Shown here piece by piece: positions 26,200 through 43,811 of a stretch of 64,000 nucleotides of DNA. The position numbers were made by a program, and so were the translations under genes. The DNA comes from the human T2T-CHM13v2.0 reference genome, Homo sapiens. The notes under the pieces were generated by a model. That model was not told where the DNA came from and searched no databases. It worked only from the letters and a program-made list of their open reading frames with translations. Every line of letters begins with the position of its first letter. Position 1 is the first letter of the stretch. The stretch lies in NCBI RefSeq assembly GCF_009914755.1, contig NC_060925.1; one strand, 5' to 3'.

Positions 26200-28130
26200 C
26201 ATTCAGAAACTATCATTCCATTTTACACTTTAATTAGCTGACTGGTTATATGTTTTAAATTATTTTTATTAATTTCAGTGGAGATTACAATATACATCTT
26301 TAGTTTATTAAAGTCTACTATTAATTAGCAGTGTTGTTGCTTCTCAGACTTAGAACAAGGACTTAGAACTATTTAATTCCATATATTACCTCCTATTATT
26401 TGTCTAATGTATTTATGTATTTTATTTTACATATATTTTAAACTTTCAAAACATTATTATTGTTTTAATCAATGTTCTTTTTTTTTTTTTTTTGGACACA
26501 GTTTCACTCTGTCTCCCAGGCTGCAGTGCAGTGGCTTGATCTTGGTGCACTGCAACTTCCGCTTCTGGGGTTCAAGCCATTCTTTAGCCTCAGCCTCCTG
26601 AGTAGCTGGGATTACAGATGCCTGACACCACGCCCAGTGAATTTTTGTATTATCAGTAGAAACAGGGTTTTGCCATATCGGCCAAGCTGGTCTCGAACTC
26701 CTGACTTTAAGTGATCTGCCTGCCTCAGCCTCCCAAAGTGTTGGGATACAGGCGTGAGCCACCGTGCCCGGGCAATGTTACTTCTTATTTGTGTCTTCTT
26801 TCCAGTACTCTTCCTCCCTTCCTGCATTGCCATATTTTCACCTGGGATAATATTCCTTTTGTTTAAGAATTCCCTTAGATATTTCTATTAAGTCTGTTGT
26901 CAGAATACTCTTTTGGGTTTTTTAGATCTACAAATATCTTTACATAGTTATCATTTTTGAGGAATAATTTTAAAGAAACTTAGAAGCTAAGTTGTCAGGT
27001 ATTTTCTTTCAGGACTCACTCTACTTTCTTTTGATTTCCATTGTTTCTATTAAACAACCTCTAGTTTTACTCTTCTTATTAAACAGTATTATTCCTTGAT
27101 TTTTCTTTGGCTGCTTTTAATTTTTAACTTTGTCATTTTTAGCAGTTTTACTGATATATCCAGGAGTGGAAATCTCTTTATATCCATTTCTTGTTTTTAT
27201 AGAGCTTTCTTAATTTGTAGTTTTATCTTTTTATGAAGTTTTGTCAATTGTGACAATTCCTAGTTTCTTTTCTAATATTGCTCCTGCCTTTCTCTTATCC
27301 CCTTCAAAGACTGAAATTACACATACATACGTTACAACATTTGCCCTTATCCCACATATTACTTGTTTCTCATACTTCTTTTTCTTACTGTGTTTCACAT
27401 TACATATTTATACTGAACTAAAGACTAGTTTACAAATGCTAAATTTTACTGTGTCATATGTACGGATAAATCTATATTTTTTAGTTGTTTACTGCAATTA
27501 TTGTATTTTTTGTTCCAGAATATTGCATTTTATTTTTCAGTACAGTTTTTATTCTCTGGCGAGTTTCTCTATCCTGTCATCTATTTTATTGAAGATAAAG
27601 TCACAATCATAATCATTTTAAAATCTAACTGTGATAATTCAAATACTCGAATCACTGGAAAACCTATTTGATTCATTTGGATTTTGTCATTTGTTTCTGT
27701 TTTTTGGTTGGTTCGTTGTCATTTTTCTTCTGTGTGTTTGTATGTGTATGTTTCATGCCTGGGAAGTTTTTACTACATGCTAGACATTGTGGTGGAAAAA
27801 TTTAGATTTACCATAATGTTATCTTCCTCCAGAAATAACATAATTTCTGTTGGTTTGTTTGTTTCTGTTATGCAGTTAGAGAAAAGCAGATCATCTTCAT
27901 CCAGTCAGGATTTAATATGACTGGAGACTGGATTTCAGACATCCTGGGATTTGTCTGTTTTCAATGTGACTTTCTTTTTAGAGGACTTTAGGATTCTCAA
28001 ATAAAAATCAGTGGTGTTTCCAAATGTCTCTTATTGGTAGGCCTTAAACACATTTTTGCTTCCCTTCCTTAAACTGATGAAATTCCCCCAAATTCTGAGC
28101 TGCTGTTTTCTGTTTGTTTCTTCAGCCCCT
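26200..28130 (-). mobile_element. Ancient L1ME (f/g-like) ORF1 and 5' region; continues at 36250-36482
   Basis: T-rich old-L1 ORF1 reverse-strand motifs (atatctttacatagttatcatttttgagg, tagaagctaagttgtcaggtattttctttcaggac) and 5' UTR-like ttggtaggccttaaacacatttttgcttccc. Confidence 0.6.
26478..26773 (-). mobile_element. AluSx/Sz
   Basis: Full reverse-strand Alu with T16 tail. TSD core aatgtt on both sides. Confidence 0.93.
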
Positions 28131-28401
28131 TGAAAGAGATGTAGACCTGAGCCATCCATGTAGATGAAGGATTAATATTCCAGGTAAAGCCAAAGCCAGT
28201 GCCAAGACAGTAAAGCTTAAGTGTGCCTGGATTCTATCTAACTATATTTTGTACCCAATAAACTATTCCTCTTTATTACCTACTTTCCACTACACTTCCC
28301 AGCTTCTGGTAACCACCATTTTATTTACTACCTCCATGAGATCAAGTGTTTTAGCTCCCATATGTGAATGAATACTTGCAACATTTCTCTTTCTGTGACT
28401 T

Positions 28402-28436
<35 letters not shown>

Positions 28437-28642
28437 TTATTATACTTTAAGTTTTAGGGTACATGTGCACAACCTGCGGGTTTGTTACATATGTATACAT
28501 GTGCCATGTTGGTGTGCTGAACCCATTAACTCATCATTTAACGTTAGGTATTTCTCCTACTGCTATCCCTCCCTCACTCCCCACGCCACGACAGACCCCA
28601 GTGTGTGATGTTCCACACCCTGTGTCCAAGTGTTTTCATTGT

Positions 28643-32480
<3,838 letters not shown>

Positions 32481-32543
32481 TATGATGTTAGCTGGTTATT
32501 TTGCTCATTAGTTGATGCAGTTTCTTCCTCGCATTGATGGTCT

Positions 32544-33890
<1,347 letters not shown>

Positions 33891-34920
33891 CTTTGTGGTT
33901 TTACCTACCTTTGGTCTTTGATGATGGTGACCTACAGATGGGGTTTTGGTGTGGATGTCCTTTTTGTTGATGTTGATGCTATTTCTTTCTGTTTGTTAGT
34001 TTTCCTTCCAACAGTCAGGACCTTCAGCTGCAGGTCTGTTGGAGTTTGCTGGAGGTCCACTCCAGACCCTGTTTGACTGGGTATCACCAGCAGAGGCTAC
34101 AGAACAGCAAATATTGCAGAACAGCAAATGTGGCTGCCTGATCCTTCCTCTGGAAGCTTCATCTCAGAGGGGCACCCAGCTGTGTGAGGTGTCAGTCGGC
34201 CCCTACAGGGAGGTGCCTCCCAGTTAGGTTACTCAGAGGTCAGGGACCCACTTGAGGAGGCAGTCTGTCCATTCTCAGATCTCAACCTCCATGCTGGGAG
34301 AACCACTGCTCTCTTCAAAGCTGGCAGACAGGGACGTTTATGTCTGCAGAAGTTTCTGCTGCCTTTTGTTCAGCCATGCCCTGCCCCCAGAGGTGGAGTC
34401 TACAGAGGCAGGCAGGCCTCGCTGAGCTGTGGTGGGCTCCACCCAGTTCGAGCTTCCTGGCCACTTTGTTTACCTAGTTAAGCCTCAGCAATGGTGGACA
34501 GCCCTCCCTCAGCCTCGTTGCCACCTTGCAGTTAGATCTTGGACTGCTGTGCTAGCAGTGAGCAAGGCTCCCTGGACGTGGGACCCGCTGAGCCAGACAG
34601 AAGATATAATCTCCTGGTATGCCATTTACTAAGACTGTTGGAAAAGTGCAGTATTAGGGTGGAAGTGTCCTGATTTTCCAGGTACCATCTGTCATGGCTT
34701 CCCTTGGCTAAGAAAGGGAATTCCCCAACCTCTTGTGCTTCCCAGGTTAGGCGATGCCCTGCTTCAGCTCACATTCTGTGGGCTACACCCACTGTCCAAC
34801 CAATCTCAATGGGATGAACCTGGTACCTCAGTTGGAAATGCAGATCACATGTCTTCTGTGTGGCTCACCCTGGGAGCTGCAGACTGGAGCTGTTCCTATT
34901 CAGCCATCTTAAAACCACCC
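33891..34920 (-). promoter_or_regulatory. L1PA 5' UTR (internal sense promoter and antisense promoter remnant), CpG-decayed; YY1 core retained
   Basis: cagccatctt at 34901-34910 = AAGATGGCTG on the L1 strand. Position upstream of ORF1. Activity unknown. Confidence 0.7.
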
Positions 34921-35504
34921 CAGCCTGTCTTATTTCATTTAACATAATGTCCTCCATTTCCATACTGCAAATGACAGGATTTTATTCTTTTTGATGGCTA
35001 GATAATATTTCTTTATATATATACCCATACCACATTTTCTTTATCCGTTAATTCATTGATGAACACTTAGGTTGATTTTATATCTTGGCTATTGTGAATA
35101 ATGATGCAGTAAACATGAGAGTACAGATATCTCTCCAATATCCTAATTTTCTTTCTTTTAGATATATGACTAGTTGAATTGCCCTATCCTAAGGTAGTTC
35201 TATTCATAGTTTTTTGAGGGACATCAATACTGTTTTCCATGGTCGCTGTACAAATTAGCATTTCCAACAAAAATGTCTGAGTGTTCCTCTTTTTTTGCAT
35301 TCTCACCATCATTTGTTAGTTTCTGTCCTTTTGATTGTAGCCATTTTAACTGGGGTGGAGTGATAATGTCAATATAGTTTTGAATTGTGTTTCCCAGATG
35401 ATTAGTGATGGTAAGCATATTTTCATATGCCCATTGGCCATTTGTATGTCATCTTTTGAGAAATGTTTATTCAGATGTTTTGCTCATCAATATTTAATTA
35501 GAAT

Positions 35505-35538
35505 TTAGATAGATAGGCAGATAGATGATAGATAGATA
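35505..35538. repeat. Imperfect (GATA)n microsatellite
   Basis: tagatagataggcagatagatgatagatagatac. Confidence 0.85.
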
Positions 35539-36249
35539 CATTGCTGTTGAGTTGAGTTTCCTATTCTGTTATTCATCTCTTGTCAGTTGAATACTTTGCA
35601 AATATTATCTACTATTTTGGGTTTTGTAGATGTCCTCTTCTCCTGTTTGATTGTTTCCTTTGCTATGCAGAAGCTGTTTAGTGTGGTGTGATTCCATTTG
35701 TCCATTTTGATTTGTTTTCCCATGCTTTTGAGGTCTTACTCAAGAAATCTTTCTCAAACTAATGTCTTAAAACAATTCCTGAATGTTTATCTCTAGTATT
35801 TTTGAAGGTTATACATCTTAAATTTAAGACTTTAATCCACTTTGATTTGATTTTTGTATATGGTAAGAAATAGGAGTCTGGTGATCTAGAGTGGTAAAAT
35901 AGGGCAATTGTGGTTATCAATAATTTATTATAAATTTCAAAATAAGTGGAAGAGTAGATATGGAATATTCCCAAGACAACAAAATAATCATTATTGTGAA
36001 TAGCCCAAGTACCCAAATCTGATAATTACGTAGTGTATGCTTGTATGAAAATATCACATGTACCTAAAAGATATGTGCAATTATTATGTATCTATTAAAT
36101 TAAAAACACAAAAGTAAAGTATGCATGACATGTACATGTGCCAGTCAGGACTATAAGGCAAGAAAATGTAAAAAAGAATAGTAGATGAGACCATTATGGC
36201 AATGAGTGAAGATCACATAGGAACTGCAAATTGGCTTTTTTATGTTTAC

Positions 36250-36482
36250 AAACTTGCAGATTCCTCAAGATAAATAATGCAATATAACGTTTCCTTTTTT
36301 GGGGGAATCTTAGCTTCTCTCTCAGATTCCAGCTGACTTAGTTTGCTGTGAAGCCTACTTGTGTATGTTTGTTTGTGTGTGTGTACATTCTGTTTTTTAT
36401 TATGTTTTTAGTTGTTATTATTGGAAGCCATCATCTATTAAGTTGTTATTATTGGAAAGGTTATTTTATGATATAAGCTACT
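36250..36482 (-). mobile_element. 5' terminus of the L1ME f/g-like element that starts at 26200
   Basis: gcagattcctcaag...ggaatcttagc...tttttagttgttatt...ataagcta resembles the L1MEf/g 5' end reverse strand. Confidence 0.5.
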
Positions 36483-36489
36483 TTTTCAT

Positions 36490-38540
36490 AGCTGGGAGAA
36501 GCCAGTTTGGGGAATATTTATAATGTAAATCCAACAAGGCTTGATATTGGTTTGGAGATAGAGTGTCAGAAAGTAAAGGAATCAAAGATGATTTTAAGAT
36601 TTTTGGCTTCAGCCACTTAAAGAATGGATTTACCATTAAGTGAGATGGGGGAAAACAGCAGATGCTGAAAGTTTTGAGAAGAGAATTTATTATATAAATT
36701 CCAAATCAATATTGGGAACTGGAAAACAGACATAAATAGAAGAGTCACTAACCTATACAAATATTTTAAAACATGTGGCTAGTCAAAGATCAGATGGGTA
36801 TAGATGTGTGGCATTATTTCTGAGGTCTCAGTTCTGTTTCATTGTCCTATATGTCTATTTTGGTACCAGTACCATGATATTTTGGTTACTGTAGCCTTGT
36901 AGTATAGTTTGAAGTCAGGTAGCATGATGACTCCAGCTTTGTTCTTTTTGATAAGGATTGTCTTGGCTATGTGGGCTTTTTTTGGTTCCATATGAAATTT
37001 AAAGCAGTTTTTTTCTAATTCTGTGAAGAAAGTAAATGTTAGCTTGATGGGGATAGCATTTAATCTACAAATTACTTTGGGCAGTATGGCCATTTTTGTG
37101 ATATTGATTCTTGCTATCCATGAGCATGGAATGTTTTTCCATTTCTTTTTGTCCTCTCTTATTTTCTTGCTCAGTGGTTTGTAGCTCTCCTTGAAGAGGT
37201 CCTTCACATCTCTTGTAAGTTGTATTCCTAGTTATTTTATTCTCTTTGTGCCAATTGTGAATGGGAGTTAACTCATGATAAATACAAGCAATGGGTAAAG
37301 GATTCCCTATTTAATAAATGGTGTTGGGAAAACTGGCTAGCCATATGTAGAAAACTGAAACTGGATGCCTTCCTTACACTTTATACAAAAATTAACTCAA
37401 GATCGGTTAAAGACTTAAACATAAGACCTAAAACCATAAAAACCCTAGAAGAAAACCTAGGCAATATCATTCAGGACATAGGCATGGGCAAAGACTTCAC
37501 AACTAAAACACCCAAAGCAATGACAACAAAAGCCAAAATTGACAAATGGGATCTAATTAAACTAAAGAGCTTCTGCACAGCAAAAGTAACCATCATCAGA
37601 GTGAACAGGCAATGTACAGAATGGGAGAAATTTTTTTGCAATCTATCCATCTGACAAAGGGCTGATATCCAGAATCTATAAGGAACTTAAACAAATTTAC
37701 AAGAAAAAAACAACCCATCGAAAAGTGGGTAGAGGGTATGAATAGATACTTCACAAAAGAAGACATTTATGCAGCCAAAAACCTTATGAAAAAAAGCTCA
37801 TCATCACTGGTCATTACAGAAATACAAATCAAAACCACAATGAGATACCATCTCACACCAGTTAGAATGTTGATCATTAAAACGTCAGGAAACAACAGAT
37901 GCTGAAGAGGATATGGAGAAATAGTAACGCTCTTACACTGTTGGTGGGAGTGTAAATTAGTTCAATCATTGTGGAAGACAGTGTGGCAATTCCTCAAGGA
38001 TCTAGAATCAGAAATGCATTTGACCCAGCAATCCCATTCCTGGGTATATACCTACAGGATTATAAATCATTCTACTATAAAGACACATGCACACGTATGT
38101 TTGTTGCAGCACTATTCACAATAGCAAAAGCTTGGACTCAACCCAAATACTTATCAATGATAGACTGGATAAAGAAAATGTAGCTCATATACACCATGGA
38201 ATACTATGCAGCCATTAAAAAGGATGAGTCCATGTGTTTTGCAGGGACATGGATGAAGCTGGAAACCACCATCCTCAGTAAACTAACACAGGAACAGAAA
38301 CCCAAGTACCACATGTTCTCATTCATAAGTGGGAATTGAACAATGAGAACACATGGACATAGGGAGGGAACATCTCACACTGGGGCTTGTCATGGGGTGG
38401 GGGCTGAGGGAGGGATAGCATTAGGAGAAATACCTAATGTAGGTGACAGGTTGATGGGTGCAGCAAACCACCACGGAACGTATATATCTATGTAACAAAC
38501 CTGTATGTTCTGCACATGTATCTCAGAACTTAAAGCATAA

Positions 38541-38583
<43 letters not shown>

Positions 38584-39190
38584 AACGTGGCTAGAACAGA
38601 TCACAAATGATGTAAGGATAAATAGGGAAGGGAAGAGGAACACAGGCTGAATTCTGGGGCACCCCAATATTTATAGGTTAAGGAGTAAAGATCATGAGAA
38701 TGAGCACCAAAATGAGGAGAAGATAAATAGAATGTGGTGTCTAAGACACCAAATGTGAAAATATTTCAAGAAGAGAATGAATAGGATTAAGGATTAATGA
38801 GCAGAATTAAGTGCTCTTTCTAGGTAACAATGATGAAAACTTTGTCATTGATTTAGAAACATAAAGAATATTGATGACCTTGACAAAAGCAGTTTCAAGG
38901 GGAAAAAACTTTATTTGAAGTGGGTTTTAAAAAGAAAAGACAAATTATTTGGAGACAATAAATATAGACGATCTGCTAGGAATTTTGCCTCAATAAGAAA
39001 CGAAAGTAATCTAAGCTATGACAAACAAATACAGATGGACTAGAAATAAAAATAATGATAAAGTCGTATGTGGGCCAAAGGGGAACAGTTTGCTTTTTAA
39101 ATAGGAGAAATAAAAACATGTATTGAAGCTAATAATAGTGTAGGAAAAAGATAATGTTAGACAAGAGAGAACTGCTAAAATAATTCCTTA
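36490..39190 (-). mobile_element. L2 continuation (36490-36767 and 38595-39190), split by the L1PA7-like element
   Basis: aaggaatcaaagatgattttaagatttttggcttcagcc...ccattaagtgagatggggg; ggggcaccccaatatttataggtt; tgatgaccttgacaaaagcagtttca. Confidence 0.7.
36783..38585. mobile_element. 5'-inverted L1PA7-like element: minus 36783-37278, plus 37279-38585, (TAAA)n tail
   Basis: ORF2 C-terminal fragments on both strands. TSD aaaac(at)gtggctag at 36768-36782 and 38582-38594. Confidence 0.95.
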
Positions 39191-39209
39191 TGGAGCTTTT
39201 TACAGACAT

Positions 39210-39425
39210 AATGTTTACTTATTTAATGCTCAAATGAGGTCTTAGTGTCATTATTATTTTCTAATTAATAATGATATTATTATTTATTATTACTATTACT
39301 TCAATTTTATATATGGGAAAAGAGAACTTTTAGTAATTTATTCAAATTCTACAGGTTCATTTGGAAACTACATTTGAGCTTTGAGAGCCCAGCCTGCCTC
39401 CGGAGTCCACCATTTTAAACACCAA
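39210..39425 (-). mobile_element. MIR fragment
   Basis: ttatttaatgctcaaatgagg...caattttatatatgggaaaagaga...tttgagagcccagcctgcctccggagtccaccattttaaacacc. Confidence 0.55.
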
Positions 39426-39429
39426 TTCC

Positions 39430-40920
39430 ACATTGAGCTCACTTTCACTCTTGTTTTCATTTATTCCTGTCATAATTCCTGGAGGTTTTATGGCCACTTA
39501 ATTAGTGCCTCCATGATCTTTTATTTTCTTGACCTCCTTTTCTGTAATGATCTTTTTCTTAACAACATTTTAGTGACTTACTCCAATGGTCATGATCTAG
39601 ACATCAATATTCTCAATCACTCTCCAGTCCATAATCTTATATTCAAGCTTTCTAGCCTCTGGCAACCCCTCTTACCTCTCCAGCTCTCATTCTTAGAACT
39701 TTAACTCCCACAATTATCTGATATAAAAGCGACTTACTCTTATGTTCTTAACCAACCATTTTTTAAAACTTTCTGTCAATCTTCATGTTCTTCCTTCCCT
39801 CACTCCCCATCTTAGATTCAATAGTCCACTATTTCAATTATTCCCACACATGCAACCTCTATTTCCTTACATTTCTCAACTCAGTAAGAAAAATCTCATC
39901 CATGATTAAATCCAGCTTTACAACCTTTAATTTGCACCCTCATACCTATGTATGGCTATAGAAAAAATGCAACCATAAAGATTAACCACACTTTAAATTA
40001 CTGAAACTTAAACTTAAGTGGAATCTCAAGTTAGTCCAGTAATACTGTTACAGTTTTCTATGACATTTTCTCCTTCATTCTCTGAGATAACCATTTCTTA
40101 CTTTATCCCCTCAAATATTAAGCATGTCATTCTTTCTCATCGTTTTTAGTTAATGATCTAATTTCCTATTTCACTGGGAAAAGTAACAGAAATCAAATAA
40201 AAACTTCCACACTTTCCTACCAACAATTATTTCCTGTTTGTTTCTGTACTCATACAATCCACAATCCCTTATTTTCCAACTAATGGATTACACATGCCTT
40301 GAAATACAAAGGACTCTATTTGTGCACTGAATTCCAGCACTTCTAGTCTTTCCAAGAATATTCCTATAGAATTGTCACTGTAATATCTCTATATCATCAG
40401 GGTTATATTTTCTCTCTCTCGTGTCTCATTTATCCTCACCATTATTCAAGTAATATGATATTCCTTATCTTAAAAATTATCTCAACTCACACACTCCAGC
40501 AACTATCGTTCAATGTGTTATGTCCTTTCTTCTTTATAACAAAATACCTTGAAAGAGCCCTCTATATTCATTGTCTATATTTCTCCTCCTATTCTTTCCT
40601 AAATGCTTTCTATCCTTCAACATTTCATCAGAAGTTTTTTTGAGAAGATCAGCAATAACTTGGATATTGTGAAATTCAAAGATTAATTCTCAGTGTCTGT
40701 GTTATTTGGCCTATCTGGAAAGCAGGTCTCAACTTTTTGAAGTCCATTTTTTACCTGGCCTTTGGAATCTCATTCTCTCTTCATTATCCTCCAACTTCAC
40801 TGATTAGTGTTAGTGCTTGCAGTTTCTTTTGCTGGCTCTTCATTTCTAATCAAATGATCTGGTCTTACTATTCATCCTTCTTCTCTTCTAGTCTCCCATT
40901 TAAATCACTGCATACATCTA
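39430..40920 (+). mobile_element. L2 body fragment
   Basis: Pyrimidine-rich L2 ORF2-derived sequence (cttactccaatggtcatgatctagac, aacttggatattgtgaaattcaaagattaattctcagtgtc). Confidence 0.65.
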
Positions 40921-42454
40921 GGTGTAGGGAGCAGAATATTTCATTTACACTCCTTCATGGAATGCCAATGACACTGTTGAACTTGCTACTCGTGATGGCT
41001 GACTCAGCGCAGTGCCACTATAATCTTGGTAGGCCTTTTGTCCACAGACTGACTGGTTGTGACGCTTTCTTCCTTTGGGTAGAAGTTGCATTTCCCGTGG
41101 TTCCCAACGGCTTCTTTGAAAAAGATTTTAATTGGCAACAAGGAACTTTTTTAAGAACGCAAAGAAGACAATAAGTTAATTTCCTCTCTGTCTATATTTT
41201 ATTTTACTAAACTATGAAAATGGATATAGGAAAGAAATGTAAATTGGTAAGGTGAATTGAAAGCACTACTTAAATTTCTTAATTATGGAATTTTTCTTTG
41301 AAAGTGCAGAAGCATGAGCTTTAGGATTGCACTTTTTTGAAGGGAGGATGATGTGTGTATAGTCTATGAGGGACTGTGAAATAGCTTTGAGTAAATCTTC
41401 TAGGGGTGTTATAATTTTTATACCTCATTGCTCACAGTGGTTGGTGCAATAGTTTATTTTTTATGGCATTGCATTTATGGTGGCCCAGAATAAAATTTTC
41501 AAACTTATCTTTTCTCCTAGCGGATTTTTTCTTTATAGCTTAGATTCTTAAATACAATGCTCAACATTACAGTCATTTACCATGCTTTTTCTTCTGACAT
41601 ATGAAAAGTCTGGTATTGTAATCATATTTAACAGTTATAAGTTTTCAGTTATTAACACGCTCCTTATTTAACCATGTATAACGTAACAAATGGTTGGATG
41701 AAATTTGTGTGTTTTTAATATGTAGCTGTTTTCTTAACAATGTATTTACCTTTTTATTTTGACTAGGTCTTTACCTGGTTTTATAATAGGTACAGCTGAA
41801 CAAGCATGCCCGAATGAACACACATACCAATTGATGAAAAAGCTTTTCACAGCACACATGCCCGAACTATGCTTGTTTCAGTTAGATAGATTTTGCTATT
41901 CATGCAACAGGTCACTATGCAATTTAGAAGCAATTAAAAGGTAATGAATGTGCTGAACTGAACACTCTGCCTAGAAGGTTTTTTCTGTGTATACTGAGAA
42001 AGTAGATTTGTGTGTCTCTGTTGTCCCCTGCAGTAATATTTTCAGCAAAATTTCAATGTCAAGAGTCTACAGACACCTTCCTAAAATAAGTCAAGGGCAA
42101 TCTTGATTTTTTTCTGCAAAGATTATTACACAAAGAGTTGCAAATATTTCATTGGTGCAATAGCATGAATCATCCTACAAATAGTTATTGGGCGTAAGCT
42201 AATGTAAAAGTCAAATTTCCATTGTGCATATATATATATATTTTTGTTCTGAGAAATGTTAGGACATTTATTCATTTACTGAGAAAACTTATCAGCTTTG
42301 CCTCTTAGAAAGTGTATCTTTGGACATATTAATTTTCACACAGTGATGAATACAGAGTAATATTTTTTTCTTTTGATAAAATAAAAACAGTAAAATGCAA
42401 TGCTTGAGAGCATTAACATTAATGATCTTGACAGAAATTAATTTATATACCAAG

Positions 42455-42565
42455 TGTTTTAACCTCCCCAAATTGAATTTCTTCATATGAAAGATAGAGA
42501 CAATAATATTTATAACTCATAGGGGCATTAGAAGATTAAAGAAGTTAATAAGTTACATACCTTGT
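42455..42565 (+). mobile_element. MIR core fragment
   Basis: tttaacctccccaaattgaatttcttcatatgaaagatagagacaataata...actcataggggcattagaagattaaa. Confidence 0.55.
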
Positions 42566-42617
42566 TCCTGATAACTTTTATTGTTCGTTTGGTGTTATTA
42601 TTTTCATCTGGAAATAA

Positions 42618-42875
<258 letters not shown>

Positions 42876-43606
42876 TAATACTACATGCTGCATACCTCCT
42901 GCTGTGCATATTATTTCATCAGACAAGGTACTATCCAATTGTCATAGGTATAGTTTTGAATGCAATTGGTCAGTGAGTTAATTTCCCCATACCTCACCTG
43001 CTCATCTGTTTTGTAATGTACACATCTTCAAAATTGTTCTACGAATTCCTGTATAATATGGTTTGGGAAGAAGATATCTTCACCAGGGTGCTTAGTCCAA
43101 ATAGAAATCCTTATCCAACTAAATCTGAAAAAATTCTGAAGTTTATTCCTGCTTTAGAATGACACAAAATGAAGTAGCATAAAAAATATTTGAAAAGTCC
43201 AGAAGAAAGCTTTTTTTACACTTTATTAAAGTTTTTGATAACTAGAAATGAGCTGGTTTGGGGATTATTGACCTAGATTGAATCATCGAAGTGTGCTTAA
43301 CTTCTCTTGTCCTCAACATCAAATATTACTTAGCTGATGTCCTTTACTGAAATCCCCAGAATTATGTATCTCTAAATTAAGATATTATATTTCTAAAGAA
43401 TATTAGTTAAAATGCAAATATTTACTTGAAATATTTCCTTTAGTAAGCATTTTTATTGTTATTATTTTTTAGAAAGCAGCAAAGCCATTAAATATTAACA
43501 CATTTGGTTTCTCAAAATGGAAATCTGGGATTTATATACAATTTTTTTCTATCAACACTGTATTCCATCGACCTCCACATTTTATTGATTGCAACTCAGA
43601 AATGTC

Positions 43607-43811
43607 TAGTGGTGCTCTGGAGTTGGTTGGTATGAGCTCAGGAGAGCTGACTGTGCACATCTCTTCCCAATTTTGCATTCAGTGATAAAAACATTGGCAG
43701 TTTGAAATTGGCCATGGTAGGAGCATTCATATACCACAGATCTGGCAAATGGTACTCATCAGGTACTGTTTGTTTTGAACTAGTTGTGAAATATTTACCA
43801 GCATATCACTA
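43607..43811. mobile_element. MER63A (hAT-Blackjack MITE)
   Basis: TIRs tagtggtgctctgg / ccagcatatcacta. Internal gtgcacatctcttcccaa...ttgaaattggccatggtagg. Degenerate 8-bp TSD gaaatgtc / taaatacc. Confidence 0.85.

Noticed and set aside
40737-41174. 145-aa ORF, among the longest not derived from L1 or Alu
   Set aside because: Starts at TTG inside L2-derived sequence, has low-complexity F/S/L composition and no recognisable homology.
41745-41944. Polypyrimidine tract plus AG at 41766 followed by a short open frame
   Set aside because: The peptide is unrecognisable and such acceptor-like sites are common in AT-rich DNA. A non-coding exon cannot be excluded.
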